64,000 nucleotides of DNA from a virus (Duplodnaviria; Caudoviricetes): IMG/VR virus record IMGVR_UViG_3300010163_000003, positions 96,001-160,000 of that record. One strand, given 5' to 3'. Shown one piece after another: positions 41,601 to 49,684 of the stretch; the first letter of the stretch is position 1; the number at the start of each line of letters is the position of its first letter. The notes under the pieces were generated by a model that was not told the DNA's origin, searched no databases, and saw nothing but the letters and a program-made list of their open reading frames with translations. The translations under genes and the position numbers were made by a program.

Positions 41601-43453
41601 GCTAATTTTTGATAGCCATTAGCACCAATTTGTCTTTTAAGAGTATTATCATATTCCATGCGAACTTCTGATGGATCAAAAAGTCTTGCAATTTCTCTTC
41701 TACCAGAATCCAGAGAATCATTTTCTCTAATAGTTTGAATGAAATTTTGAGTTAATGAACTTTCGTCATATATGTCTGCTCCATTAATAATACGGTGCAA
41801 TCTTTCAAATACCTCTTCTTGAGTATCCCCAACAAGATACATTACATCTGCATCTGCACCCTGAGCATAATTCCGTAAAGCAATAGAATATCTTGTTACG
41901 TTCTGGCCATCTATATTTTGAGTAAACGTTTTAGTTTGAGAAGTGTCAACTTTCCAAAAATTATTCTTAATCGAATAAGAGTTAGTTCCAAAGTCATCTC
42001 CAGCTTGTACAACAAATTCTTTAGCTTCTTCTTTCTGTAAAGCTCCTGAGCGAAGATAGAATACTGTATTATCTAAATCTCCATAAGTTAATTGTTTAGT
42101 ATAAGGCTCTTTCTTTAAGGCTTCCAGCGCGTTACTATTATTAGAAAATAGAATAACGTCATTGTCAATCAATAACCCTTGGTTATTGATATCACTTATA
42201 GCAATATGAGCTTGGTGTTCTTGGAGTCCTAATGCTTCAAGCCTTTCGTTTATAGATACACCAACTCGTTTACCATATAATAATTCATTTAATTCTAATG
42301 GACTTAAATGTTGAGCTTCTGCAACAGCACGAACAATATGAATGTTATCTAATATTTTACTTTGAGCAATTTTAAGCTTCTTGATTAATATCTCTTTTTC
42401 TTGAAGAGTTTTGGATGATTGTTTTACGTATGCTATTAACCTATTAACATCGAATTCACTATTCGCTGCGTTTAAAAAATTAGTGTCGGTAGGATTGTCT
42501 ACAATTTTGTCAATAACAAGTGAAATAAAATCATCAGCAGCATTAGAGAATCCATTTTTCGAGTCTAATATTGCATTACTTGCTTGTTCAAAATTACGCC
42601 AACCGCTGAGAGCTTCAGCATAATTTATATTTGTTGGCTTACCCTTTTTTACTACTTTGTATTTATGTTTTTGTCCAAATAAATCAACTTCAACATCAGT
42701 AAAAACATCAGTATAATTACCAGCATAAACAGCAGCACGCTCCATAGAAATTCTTTCAGATTCGCTTAAGCTATCCCAGCCATATTTCCTAAATTTCTCT
42801 AGCGTATCCATCATAAATTTCTTTTGTGGAGCACTTGTCATAGGAACAACAAATGATTGTCCTCTGGGGTCTGGAACGCTGTGTAATTTTCTATCGTATC
42901 TTCTTAAATTAACGCCTAACTCTGTAATAGTTGAAGTACCATCGGCAATATCGCCTAATGTTTCTGTATCGAATCCCCATAAAGAAATATTCTTATATAA
43001 GCCATTATCTCCTTTATCTATAACAGCTTTGGCAAATGCTTGCCATCTATCATGAGCACCCAATACTTGATCTACAGACTTCTGATTAATATAAGTAGCC
43101 ATTTTTAAATAGTCTGTAGGGTCAAATGATGAAGTATTAAAATTTACTCCAGTATTAAGAATAGCTTGTGGAGTTTGATCAAGAAGTTCTCTTTGCAAAT
43201 TCCAAGCTTGATTCCTATAATTAGAACGTAATATTTTTCTAGCAGTTTCTTCAGTATCAGCTTGACCTGAATTTATCAAATTACTAATTTCATTTAATAC
43301 ATTTTGATCTGTTGTACTAGATGATTTTCTAATAGCGTAAGTTTCTGGATCTAATCTGCTTCCATCATATTCTACAGTAAATTTATTTGCATTATTATAT
43401 TGTGACCAAACATCTGGTAATCTATAATGAAATGCATATATTTCATCTCTCAT
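32687..43453 (-). CDS. Giant single-chain two-barrel DNA-dependent RNA polymerase with N-terminal DEDDh exonuclease (3588 aa); probable virion RNAP
   Basis: beta'-like RFP (aa 2467) and HLDFDGD (D2504-D2508). beta-like YED (1516-1518) and DQKITINGLEK (K1620/K1628). Exonuclease motifs FDTET, NSEFD and HIAISD. Confidence 0.8.
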   Translation of the reverse strand: MRDEIYAFHYRLPDVWSQYNNANKFTVEYDGSRLDPETYAIRKSSSTTDQNVLNEISNLINSGQADTEETARKILRSNYRNQAWNLQRELLDQTPQAILNTGVNFNTSSFDPTDYLKMATYINQKSVDQVLGAHDRWQAFAKAVIDKGDNGLYKNISLWGFDTETLGDIADGTSTITELGVNLRRYDRKLHSVPDPRGQSFVVPMTSAPQKKFMMDTLEKFRKYGWDSLSESERISMERAAVYAGNYTDVFTDVEVDLFGQKHKYKVVKKGKPTNINYAEALSGWRNFEQASNAILDSKNGFSNAADDFISLVIDKIVDNPTDTNFLNAANSEFDVNRLIAYVKQSSKTLQEKEILIKKLKIAQSKILDNIHIVRAVAEAQHLSPLELNELLYGKRVGVSINERLEALGLQEHQAHIAISDINNQGLLIDNDVILFSNNSNALEALKKEPYTKQLTYGDLDNTVFYLRSGALQKEEAKEFVVQAGDDFGTNSYSIKNNFWKVDTSQTKTFTQNIDGQNVTRYSIALRNYAQGADADVMYLVGDTQEEVFERLHRIINGADIYDESSLTQNFIQTIRENDSLDSGRREIARLFDPSEVRMEYDNTLKRQIGANGYQKLAEIRKFNEAYNNHLASINPLTDYDARYRDLKSFIEQTFGTSRRSSNALKNGLINTPYEMQAFLSYKRILDNESPVHDVIFKAVNDYFKNSPYDPSQPLSGINSPELNREQTVLFSKIRKALAKVLESENIELDNSGAFEYFKDRGRFSYSDLYDFDIISDNGAFKRINDHSEKTIEQGIKNFLDEAKDNNTIINGLNNLQDRGIIKDASKYIKTLDSLLPLNAKQKSSYTFGLSTEIATEIWKLKNTPGSILADSITSSMSDEDVQKRILHSIGHDNYDIDAPFLKYKDSSLRDFFNNLNSNPTQAKKVNDAIKEVFDNYTPYRYITSAATDLQYETFERSLLEALGMNYGTSEDIAAKTKLLNDILLDSKKYSLNSKKGKGLQALIITPYSNLNVAKHEGKSGYMLLTKTGDSHKLASFIDNLTDDEFKNITSSYKNVMDSDISKYATVVELPRVREFDIRSNNSGLASVESLRFINQGDNYPKYLHARSLDTYLDKNGILQVSEGDGSTAVLSIFRKGLANAEELALDGNYGEGSRRMRRILTDYLGGLASDNSISGVSRNVHLNPNSIMNAFGYSYHKGLRDIFEQLTLGSFKNPNAISAELNPAQLIVKTFAEHVGLGDVNSLYSYREILNSQEFHEFFHRRMLIGTVLSEDWQANGVSWADQLRINFKNAGYEDFFDTGDSKNFLNIINDLIHDDRIRKDSMISDFAVDAVSRVVNVNKTSGLNPIGSESALERGIYYSRMFGDFQTHSGLYNIMRPLYVQQGNPVTYDINQVSSVLSQLSNNVNAPNMAKGLTEKGYSAISFGNNAMTHLEKGIKDSLEASTNGKITLDEHEFMARFKFINDADLQIKYNDILSDNAAIDSLAKKLSQTGVSVDSKQTRELIKVFQAHYNSLYEDKMFANPFIQQFDFFTKPDAVKLELNWSKADIQRTTELLNNLVGKDIDTNTVIGFRNDGSRIFFNKPKSILTQENVDQLLSGIDNGIGKTRLETYVGDIVDQKITINGLEKATVHSIRPEDIYSIINQGSNVYNKQQANTLLSTLFGEMFDGAIFVGNPNFSKHGGIMHAQAIFDLATDRYSKAGQVDHLVDLMNQAAKDTHQFDPINGKTPNISFQASADNKRLYVTMAEMPDPSSFDLKLKDLLREDATKNGNSISQSIINELDDLEATMSDWFTFRRQIMNDHMGKYFVMDKRAEQGIIFRGLFKDPFGYNDTVHGIDPKDVEYMQLLKKEALEYGRTHGETKSLKELKYLGKELNDYAMDLNYERARQNNPHQELRRGIVGTKYSKEFLEGKYTLEDIKKSNILTLTLDEIVEGNGERMRTGYDRVKDLDNTMFFIDGKPSEFLLKKAREQGVDLNNDSFNIFVALDNNPDVHVIKPKVNGTELEGLLIPIHGVTTIQENEKFLFQKSIGIVNQRLKEIDELRKNPGKFLVNSLGNTIGNDDPKIIREVMNERIGKIYSTMVKELYRQTDFMKKDTDIYKAFQSFVMPNSSEYLGQSEFSPLLEEQIAKNSNVRKAYEKLRGTSTQKGLYAQLRDNPYDMSIIEELTQAKNDFDAAIKASSKEVLTNSSNAAKLILPDNVSDSLKKLARTTINGVEYNGLVVQVSQQALERQGYDFSIVAADIINDYEKHMKDGKYTIEGMSDLVQSSRFQKSYNDLIQAFNDNTKPPDHLKSISFQSNRIAGLNNKTLEDIHTLLESGTDKDIDSAIKKMAKVDSKTYYQTIDKLEIKGQGNLISTLDNYMGVIQEGKKKAQRTLDKSREQIHVLEGIEKVNASVKDRDAYKQIRAAMQDSIDSAEKALKQYDEILEGQFKNAEGLLGSNLKLFKQSGIAQQFFSEVGIFAEFLRFPSFRSQPIVRLALGEHLSGNQVNVSNPILSYLTHLDFDGDKVFVSTIADGASILKSNSKLFNLQKTRYERFITREAPILLSEAIKEGNPFLFNDPSAVNKQKSKLLEIIDSKEYQNSIKEYLNNLASQSSDNRIHLNGGTYKVEDILSNQKDKKFSGIFEAALHSNEVDSFFKSSVGNTLLNEAQLVSATVARLRKNLIGHVSTPMYRIKETFYQTMSLKNLTGEQTKLMNESLISFSNMLSGDGGLFSVTEQTAVDPKHARDSLDLSKIRRFSEHAYGFLETNDVQAQRLHMIGMVDSIGSKVLKINDNEIETYVDNFIMGDSLRKVNGFSKNGIPHIGPGVTLNQIDDALRILKQSNLQGVIETVTLNGKVFTQDDTALLEYLRSFHLMNKAKIEVPELTEVWNTVMKRRDLFGLEDMINNLKSLNPKDVKKLVSAIDTDMAEYLMTKVNALRDPFDVNTLYTYTGQLGKNNAEINYYAYTGNGKFNRVNINDKGVQLKGEVIDLHSPNATFEEKFFKQITHDSSKGSSPYYIGNLHIDPELRVNIQKDAAEVKLTGMLDDAILYESNGTSKIRTAKINKNTNTPEFTGTFEKSILRATGISKNKYGRISNLGQFYGEAGSSAPMTSVLQQILGITDTDPNKALSAIITTFDETKKLGNAYESWRAQYMIDAGQRGLDPAVELLRSVNKNIANNGRKINFNDKDAIKSLGTLNEIFKQTIEQEVLNVDSSANMQHHYNKVNALGNFDFQNYYESIEKLRKNVYDIPSEAKRLQGQYDILEQYIKKIQAKPNAPTEQLDTLKEMLSHKYTDLGPKGTPGSLIDIMENERLNSIKQAQDKIFSMLVKSDDAASLFNFNGSFDEMRVGFGSFMGTKFSNLNSKDYDYVLEEASKMLGKKPSDKIKFSVETTLKKLEEYKASGHVFKASDALSLSGMSESISHRVESLKAQTDSIISYLNKNKVLSDREIIKILNNNNANNPLKRRTLSQFFDDTLSDLDISKKHVGMAAGSLVALGLLTNVMHKDQDKTPLQPQESGLYNQPNINGKQVPSTPKSRNVIYQDTHSGLSFNIRAKTQMDINAQNNGAIINKAGGGSTSMYSYIDNSGVNDNWLANKFAELAQ

Positions 43454-43462
43454 TTATATCAC

Positions 43463-46400
43463 CTATATATTCATATTTCCTATACGTGATTCTACATCAG
43501 ATCTTCCATCTTTGTATACTTCCATTTTAGTTTGTGTATCATTTAAAGCGCTTGTATAAGATATTTGAACATCATCATATCCGTTTTCACCAAGAATATG
43601 TTTAAGCCTTGTACGTATTTGAGCAGCATTTGTATGTTTATCTATTTTAGGAATAGGAATATTAGTCATATTAGCTTTATTTTTATTATCTTGCCATATA
43701 TCAAATTCACCGGGGTCTAATTTTTCTTTATGGACAAGTTTAACTTTAACATCATCTAAATTAGTATTTTCATCCCAACCTACCCAATTTGCATTAGGTA
43801 AGGCATGCTGAGTAAAATATTCTTGTAAACTAGGTTTTACATCTGGCTTCATTCCCCAAGTCGATTGTAATGCTCGTCTCATATAGCTTGGAGCAACACG
43901 AAGTATTTTATCTTTTTCTTCTTCTGGAGCATTCATGAAATGCTTAAAATATTGTCTATCCTTTTTAGGTAATGCAGACATAATATCTACCATTGATTTT
44001 CCTGGCTCATATCCATACATGGTTTTATCGGCTGCATTTTTATATTGAATAGCTTTCATAGCATTTAATGGAACCTTGACAGTTTTTCTATCACTTTGTA
44101 TTTCTTTGATTTCTTGATTTACTGCTTTAATGATTCCTTCTCTTCCCATATTTGGTTTCATATATTTTGGTTTACCATATTGAAAATCGAATTTATCACT
44201 ATGTTTAAAATCCATTTTAACTTGCCGCTTATATGCTTCAAGCTCTTGCTTTCTTATTTTATTATAAGCACCATGTGATTCTGTGCTATTCATATATTGG
44301 CGAACATCGAAATGATCTTCCGCCATAGACTTGTCTGCATATTGATTAAATAAACGCATGTTTTTTACATACTTTAAAGTATCAACGTATTCGTTTACTT
44401 TTTCTTGTTGTACTCTTCTGTTTGGTCTCCAATCTCTTTCTTTAGTAGAACCAGCAGAAAAAGCAATCTGGCCTATTGTTGGGATAGCTCCTCCAACAAA
44501 TCCTCCCATTATTGCACCAAAATTATTTCTACCAAATAATCTACCTATAAATGTACCAGTAACTATGCCAAGTAATCCGTTTGCAATTGGTTTATCAACC
44601 ATGTTAGGCATAAATAAGTCTCTAATTGGATGATCCCAGCTTTGAAAGTCTTTCCCATATACTTCTCTATCTCTATATTGTTCATATGGAGAACGTACTT
44701 GATAAATTTTGCTACCTATAAATGGGATATTTCCAATAATACTATGGGCAGTTGTTTCCATTGCAGAACCAAATGCGATTTCTCCTTTGCTATATCTCGC
44801 ATGAATACCAGCAGGAGAATCATCGTTTTCATTTTCTTTAGCATGACCTTTATTAAGCAATATTTGATTTACATTTCTTCCTCCAGAAATAACAACAGAA
44901 CGTATAGAGTCAGTAGAATCGCCAGAAAACTTATTAGCAGAATCTGCATCGTATTGGATAGTAATTCTTCCACCTTTATGTATATGCTTTTTAATTTCAT
45001 CGTAAGCCGCTTCACGTTTCGTTGGCCCCTTTTCTAATTCTTTACGGATATTATGAATTATTTTTTCAGCGCCTTTACGTCGTTTGCGCGGATATTCTTT
45101 TTTGTTAACTAAGTCACTAGATTCTGTTACAGTAATACCAGCAAACTTAATAGCATGCTGCGCACCATATTCTTTAGTGACAATAGTATTGTTGTCTAAT
45201 ATTTTGTCTACAGTTACAACTTCACTAACAAGATTCGATGTTTTAAATTTATAAGGATATACACGAAGAGGTTCTTTCTGCTGAGTTATTCTTTTGCGAA
45301 TTTGTTGAACTTCTTTTTTTTCTTCATCAGTTAATTGTTCACGAGATAACTTAGCAGTAGCTTGTTTAAACTCATCAGAATAGGGTGCTACATCCGCTAG
45401 AATGCGATATTGATCAAGAGGACTATATAAGTCACCTCTACCTATTACGCCTTTTTCTATGCCCTTTCTGATGTCAGCACGAGCGTCATTAAGATTCTTT
45501 AAAGTATCGCGAAGTAATTTATCGTCATATTTAAACCCAACAGTATATGAGTCCGTAGGATTTTCTTTGTCTACATAATGAATATATCCTTTAGACTCTG
45601 TATTGCCAGTTGCCCATAAATAATAATTTACTTGACGCTTATGATAGTCTAATGGTCTGCCACTTTTTCGGAGTTCTTTAAGCTTCTTTGCAGACGTTGT
45701 TTTAATATCAACTATACCAACACCAGTGGGTGAACTCATGTCATATACAGCAGCGTCAAAATATCCAAGTATGCCATTACGTTCATCTTTTATTTCGCCT
45801 TCCGTTTTAAAAGCTATACCTTGTTCTTTCCAAGCAGCTTCTATTTGTCTATGCAGTTTAGTTCCTTTATTAAGAGTATCTTCTTGGAATTGAGTATTAA
45901 CAAAATCTTGATGCAACAAATGACGTATAATATGTTCTTTATCGTACCCAATAGATGAAGATCCTGTACGCATATCTAAAACATTATTAATGCCATACAT
46001 GCGTTCATACCCTTCTCCAGGCAAACGTTCTTCGCCATTAGCGATTTTAGTATATGGATCTCCATGTTTAAAATCTGTAAAATAGTTACTACCAGGCATC
46101 CAATCTGGCATTGTGTTTCTTATTGGATTAATATATTCAGTTGTAGTATTGCGTTTAGGCATAAAACGACGAGATATTTCTGACAGGCTTCCACCGAGAC
46201 CGCCCATGTTTTCATCCCAAAAAGAACGACGAGCGCTATATGCCCAACCAGAATCTTCTATAGTTCGAGCATCGACATTATGTTTACCAGTAATAAGAGA
46301 TTGTGTTATAAACCCTTTTAAACCTGCTACATCTGCTAACCAGTTTAGTTCTTCTTTACTATTATACATAAAAGCATTGTCTATTGCTTTAGAATCATTG

Positions 46401-49400
46401 CCAACAGGTATATCAGGATTTAAATTAGGAGTTAATTCTACTCTGTCTTTAGCACCAATAATTTTTTTAATACTATATTCTTTTAAGTCTTTATTTACTT
46501 CCCACAAGTTCATATCATTTGGTATATCAACTACACTTAATTTACCAGAAGGAGTAGAATATATCTCATATGGTGGAACAGAATCGTCATGACCAGATAT
46601 GCTATAGCCATATGGACTAGGTAGCGTGTCAGGCGTATAAGGTTTAGGTTTATAAGATTGAGCTTTTGGAAATGCAGAATAAAGAGCATCTGTAACAGAA
46701 TTTGAAGGCATTTTTTGAATAATGTCTCTAACGTCAAATGTAACACCATTAGAATTAGTAGTTTTGTATTTAACAATTTTTTGAGCTTGATAAATAGAAG
46801 CATCCATCGCTTGAGTATAAGCTGCTTGATTTGCTGTTAATTCTTTTTGCAATTCTACAAAACTATTAATATTTTCTTGTGCTTGAGCCATAAATTTTTT
46901 ACGATTTAATTCAAGTTTTCCTGTTGTAAGTATAGGATTGGGTTGCTCGTCTGCTGGATTAACATTTATTTGACCTTGATACTCCATATGCATCATTTGA
47001 GGAGGAGAAATAATAGTTCCTATAGTAGATGCAAATATAGGTCCTATAAACGGAATATCATTGCCAATTGGAGCAGTTTTAAGATATGGTCTATCCTGAA
47101 GATGTTTATAATCATAATGATGTTTGTCGAAAATAAAATAGTTTAATGGAGCCAATGGATTAAAGATATTCGGATACCAAGTATGATTATAATATTCTTT
47201 ACGAGAACCCCACTTAGTATCACTAAAATCAACATCAGCTTCAATACGACGATATAAGTTTGGTCTCCAGTATTCTATTTTCCCTCCAGTAAACGGAGTA
47301 TTACCTGCTCCCCACCAGCGTCCTTTACGGATAGGATCAAAGCCATTTTCAATATACTCTTTACGTTCTTCTTTGGTTTGTCCTAAACCCATTTGATGTA
47401 TCAATGGTAATTCCGTTATTTGTTCAGTGCCAGGAATCATGTCTTGCATAAATTTCACAAGTTTAGTAGCTCCAGTAATATCCATCATGTTATGAGCTTG
47501 AATATCTAATGGCTTTACAACTTTTCGCATTAAAAACTTTGTTATATTGTCTTGTTTGCCAGTATTAGTTTCATCATCCTTTCTAAAAAATGGTTCACTA
47601 AGATAGTTAATCATATCAGGAACCTGTGTAAGCATATATATCGGTAATGCACGTTTAGCTATTAAATTTCCAGCATAAGACCCTACGCTATGTTTTGCTT
47701 GAGTACTAAATCCGAAAAGATATACACTGTTAGCTAACTGATTATTTAATGCATCAAATAATCCCCAAGTTCTAGTAGTCCGCTCTGTAAAATATTTGCC
47801 AGCCATGCCATTTCTGTCGAATCCAGAACCAAATTGTCCAACAAATTTTATTAAATTTTCAAAAGCATCGACAGGTCTTTTGTCCATTAGATCTGTTACT
47901 ACAGTTCCGAGCTTATACCCTTCTTTAGTAACATTAAAAGTATGCGGGGTATACTTTATATTGTTTTTAATATATTCACCAAATCCATTGCCAAGAACGT
48001 CACTATGATCATATTTTTGAGCAGCTTGCAACATCTCATTAACCGAGTCATATTCAAATCCATTCACTCTAATTTTTCTTGTCATTCTATCTATAAACCT
48101 ATCAGTAGTTTCATCTATTGCAGTTGCGCTATCAAAACTTCTGGTAATATCTTTCGCTTCTGTTTGCCATTCTTCAAATCCCATGTCTAATACTTTTGCT
48201 GTTCTGTATCTAAGTTTTTCTGAAGCTGTTAATTTTCTACCAAGACGTTTTTCGTAATCCGTTATGCTTTCTTTGATAGGTTCTCCATATGACAATCCAG
48301 CCATTTCTCTCATAGCATTAATTTGATGAGTGCCATATCCATAACGAGTCATGTTAGTGGTGTCATACAAATGAAGGTTTTCCGCTATTTTCATTAACCT
48401 TCCATCAGTAGTAGTAGTGTAAGCAGAACCATTAATGACAGCTACAGATTTATTTGCATATTCATCTCCAAGATTTTCTGCTAACCATTCTCCTATTGTA
48501 TATCTACCACCACGTTCAGTAAGAAATGGACTAATTTGCTCGCTACTTAACAAGCCAGCAAAAGGCTCTTTGTATCCGAGCTTATTCAAACCAAGATAAT
48601 TAAATCCACTTTTTAAAGGATTAAATTTAACAACAGGTAATCCAAAATCTTCAGCAAGAGAATTAATAAATCCATATAAATCTTGTTTGGGCATACGATA
48701 ATCTATAAACTTACCAACTTCATCTATGCGAATATCTGAATCTAAGGTTAAATTTTTCCATGCTCCTCTAGAATACATTGTTTGAACATGACCAAATTCA
48801 TCTGTATATTTATGATTAAGATTACCCATAAAATTATTAATGCTATCTAGGAAAGAATGTCCCATTTGGTCTTTCGCTTTGTCTAAATCAATAACAGCAT
48901 TACTTTTTACTTGTAATCTTTTAATGCCATTAGAGTCAATTACTTCTTCTAAAATATCTCCAAGAACCAATTGGCGATATCCTGTTGTACGCAATTGTTC
49001 TCTTGCTTTTTCAGCGGTTAAACTTCTTAATTCCAAAAATTCTTCCATCATTTTTTGAGTATATATAGAAGCTTGATCTGGATGATATTCGGTAGCAGTA
49101 AATTCAACTTCTTGTAGGCGTTGCATAAATTTCTTAAGGTCAGTATCAAAATAAGAATATCTTCTTTCTGTAGAACGAGAAAGTCCGTCTTCTATTATAC
49201 TATGCATAACTTTTAAATCGTCTTCAGTATCTTGTAATATACGCTTCATGCGATTAAAGTGAGACATAGAAGAAGAACCAGTCAAGTCTGATATATCTTG
49301 AAATAAATCAAAAGCAACACTACTTGAACGCTTATGAAATAAGCTATGTTCTGGAATATTCCAACTACGACCAGATTTTGCAAGAGCTGAAGAATCTATA

Positions 49401-49684
49401 TGTTCAGAATTAGCCCACTTTTTTATGCTAGACATAACAACGCTAGCTTTATCTAACCCTTGTTCAGAAATAACATCGCCAAGTTCTAGCATAGGTTTAA
49501 TTATTCCCTTTAAAAGGCCAGATTTATATGTACCGTAACCAGCTATAGCAATTAAACCCATTTTTACGGCATTCAGTAATACACTGGCATCGTTCACGTT
49601 TTGTGGGTCATTAACGGTCGCATTATCTTTATCGTTATAATTCCCTGTTAGCGTTCTTTGCTGCAATCTGTTGTCTGATGGCAT
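43463..49684 (-). CDS. Tape-measure-position / ejection protein (2073 aa) with PD-(D/E)xK (Cas4-like) nuclease, thermonuclease-like domain and membrane segments
   Basis: GTKLHRQIE...EGEI...GYFDA...IVDIKT...QVNYY. SNase-like VDKILDNNT..IKFAGI...NVNQILLNKGHA. Gly-rich hydrophobic helices. GGAGGT RBS. Follows the tail chaperones. Confidence 0.7.
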   Translation of the reverse strand: MPSDNRLQQRTLTGNYNDKDNATVNDPQNVNDASVLLNAVKMGLIAIAGYGTYKSGLLKGIIKPMLELGDVISEQGLDKASVVMSSIKKWANSEHIDSSALAKSGRSWNIPEHSLFHKRSSSVAFDLFQDISDLTGSSSMSHFNRMKRILQDTEDDLKVMHSIIEDGLSRSTERRYSYFDTDLKKFMQRLQEVEFTATEYHPDQASIYTQKMMEEFLELRSLTAEKAREQLRTTGYRQLVLGDILEEVIDSNGIKRLQVKSNAVIDLDKAKDQMGHSFLDSINNFMGNLNHKYTDEFGHVQTMYSRGAWKNLTLDSDIRIDEVGKFIDYRMPKQDLYGFINSLAEDFGLPVVKFNPLKSGFNYLGLNKLGYKEPFAGLLSSEQISPFLTERGGRYTIGEWLAENLGDEYANKSVAVINGSAYTTTTDGRLMKIAENLHLYDTTNMTRYGYGTHQINAMREMAGLSYGEPIKESITDYEKRLGRKLTASEKLRYRTAKVLDMGFEEWQTEAKDITRSFDSATAIDETTDRFIDRMTRKIRVNGFEYDSVNEMLQAAQKYDHSDVLGNGFGEYIKNNIKYTPHTFNVTKEGYKLGTVVTDLMDKRPVDAFENLIKFVGQFGSGFDRNGMAGKYFTERTTRTWGLFDALNNQLANSVYLFGFSTQAKHSVGSYAGNLIAKRALPIYMLTQVPDMINYLSEPFFRKDDETNTGKQDNITKFLMRKVVKPLDIQAHNMMDITGATKLVKFMQDMIPGTEQITELPLIHQMGLGQTKEERKEYIENGFDPIRKGRWWGAGNTPFTGGKIEYWRPNLYRRIEADVDFSDTKWGSRKEYYNHTWYPNIFNPLAPLNYFIFDKHHYDYKHLQDRPYLKTAPIGNDIPFIGPIFASTIGTIISPPQMMHMEYQGQINVNPADEQPNPILTTGKLELNRKKFMAQAQENINSFVELQKELTANQAAYTQAMDASIYQAQKIVKYKTTNSNGVTFDVRDIIQKMPSNSVTDALYSAFPKAQSYKPKPYTPDTLPSPYGYSISGHDDSVPPYEIYSTPSGKLSVVDIPNDMNLWEVNKDLKEYSIKKIIGAKDRVELTPNLNPDIPVGNDSKAIDNAFMYNSKEELNWLADVAGLKGFITQSLITGKHNVDARTIEDSGWAYSARRSFWDENMGGLGGSLSEISRRFMPKRNTTTEYINPIRNTMPDWMPGSNYFTDFKHGDPYTKIANGEERLPGEGYERMYGINNVLDMRTGSSSIGYDKEHIIRHLLHQDFVNTQFQEDTLNKGTKLHRQIEAAWKEQGIAFKTEGEIKDERNGILGYFDAAVYDMSSPTGVGIVDIKTTSAKKLKELRKSGRPLDYHKRQVNYYLWATGNTESKGYIHYVDKENPTDSYTVGFKYDDKLLRDTLKNLNDARADIRKGIEKGVIGRGDLYSPLDQYRILADVAPYSDEFKQATAKLSREQLTDEEKKEVQQIRKRITQQKEPLRVYPYKFKTSNLVSEVVTVDKILDNNTIVTKEYGAQHAIKFAGITVTESSDLVNKKEYPRKRRKGAEKIIHNIRKELEKGPTKREAAYDEIKKHIHKGGRITIQYDADSANKFSGDSTDSIRSVVISGGRNVNQILLNKGHAKENENDDSPAGIHARYSKGEIAFGSAMETTAHSIIGNIPFIGSKIYQVRSPYEQYRDREVYGKDFQSWDHPIRDLFMPNMVDKPIANGLLGIVTGTFIGRLFGRNNFGAIMGGFVGGAIPTIGQIAFSAGSTKERDWRPNRRVQQEKVNEYVDTLKYVKNMRLFNQYADKSMAEDHFDVRQYMNSTESHGAYNKIRKQELEAYKRQVKMDFKHSDKFDFQYGKPKYMKPNMGREGIIKAVNQEIKEIQSDRKTVKVPLNAMKAIQYKNAADKTMYGYEPGKSMVDIMSALPKKDRQYFKHFMNAPEEEKDKILRVAPSYMRRALQSTWGMKPDVKPSLQEYFTQHALPNANWVGWDENTNLDDVKVKLVHKEKLDPGEFDIWQDNKNKANMTNIPIPKIDKHTNAAQIRTRLKHILGENGYDDVQISYTSALNDTQTKMEVYKDGRSDVESRIGNMNI

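Noticed and set aside
45470-45975. CRISPR-Cas locus suggested by the Cas4-like domain
   Set aside because: No repeat-spacer array, no other cas genes and no Fe-S cysteines. The 52 kb repeats are in-frame coding repeats.
26450-49684. Two ORFs of exactly 2073 aa flanking the RNAP
   Set aside because: No visible sequence similarity between them; treated as coincidence.
9346-49684. Inteins or introns accounting for the giant ORF sizes
   Set aside because: No intein block motifs or LAGLIDADG/HNH inserts were recognised, and the frames are uninterrupted. A diverged intein cannot be excluded by eye.
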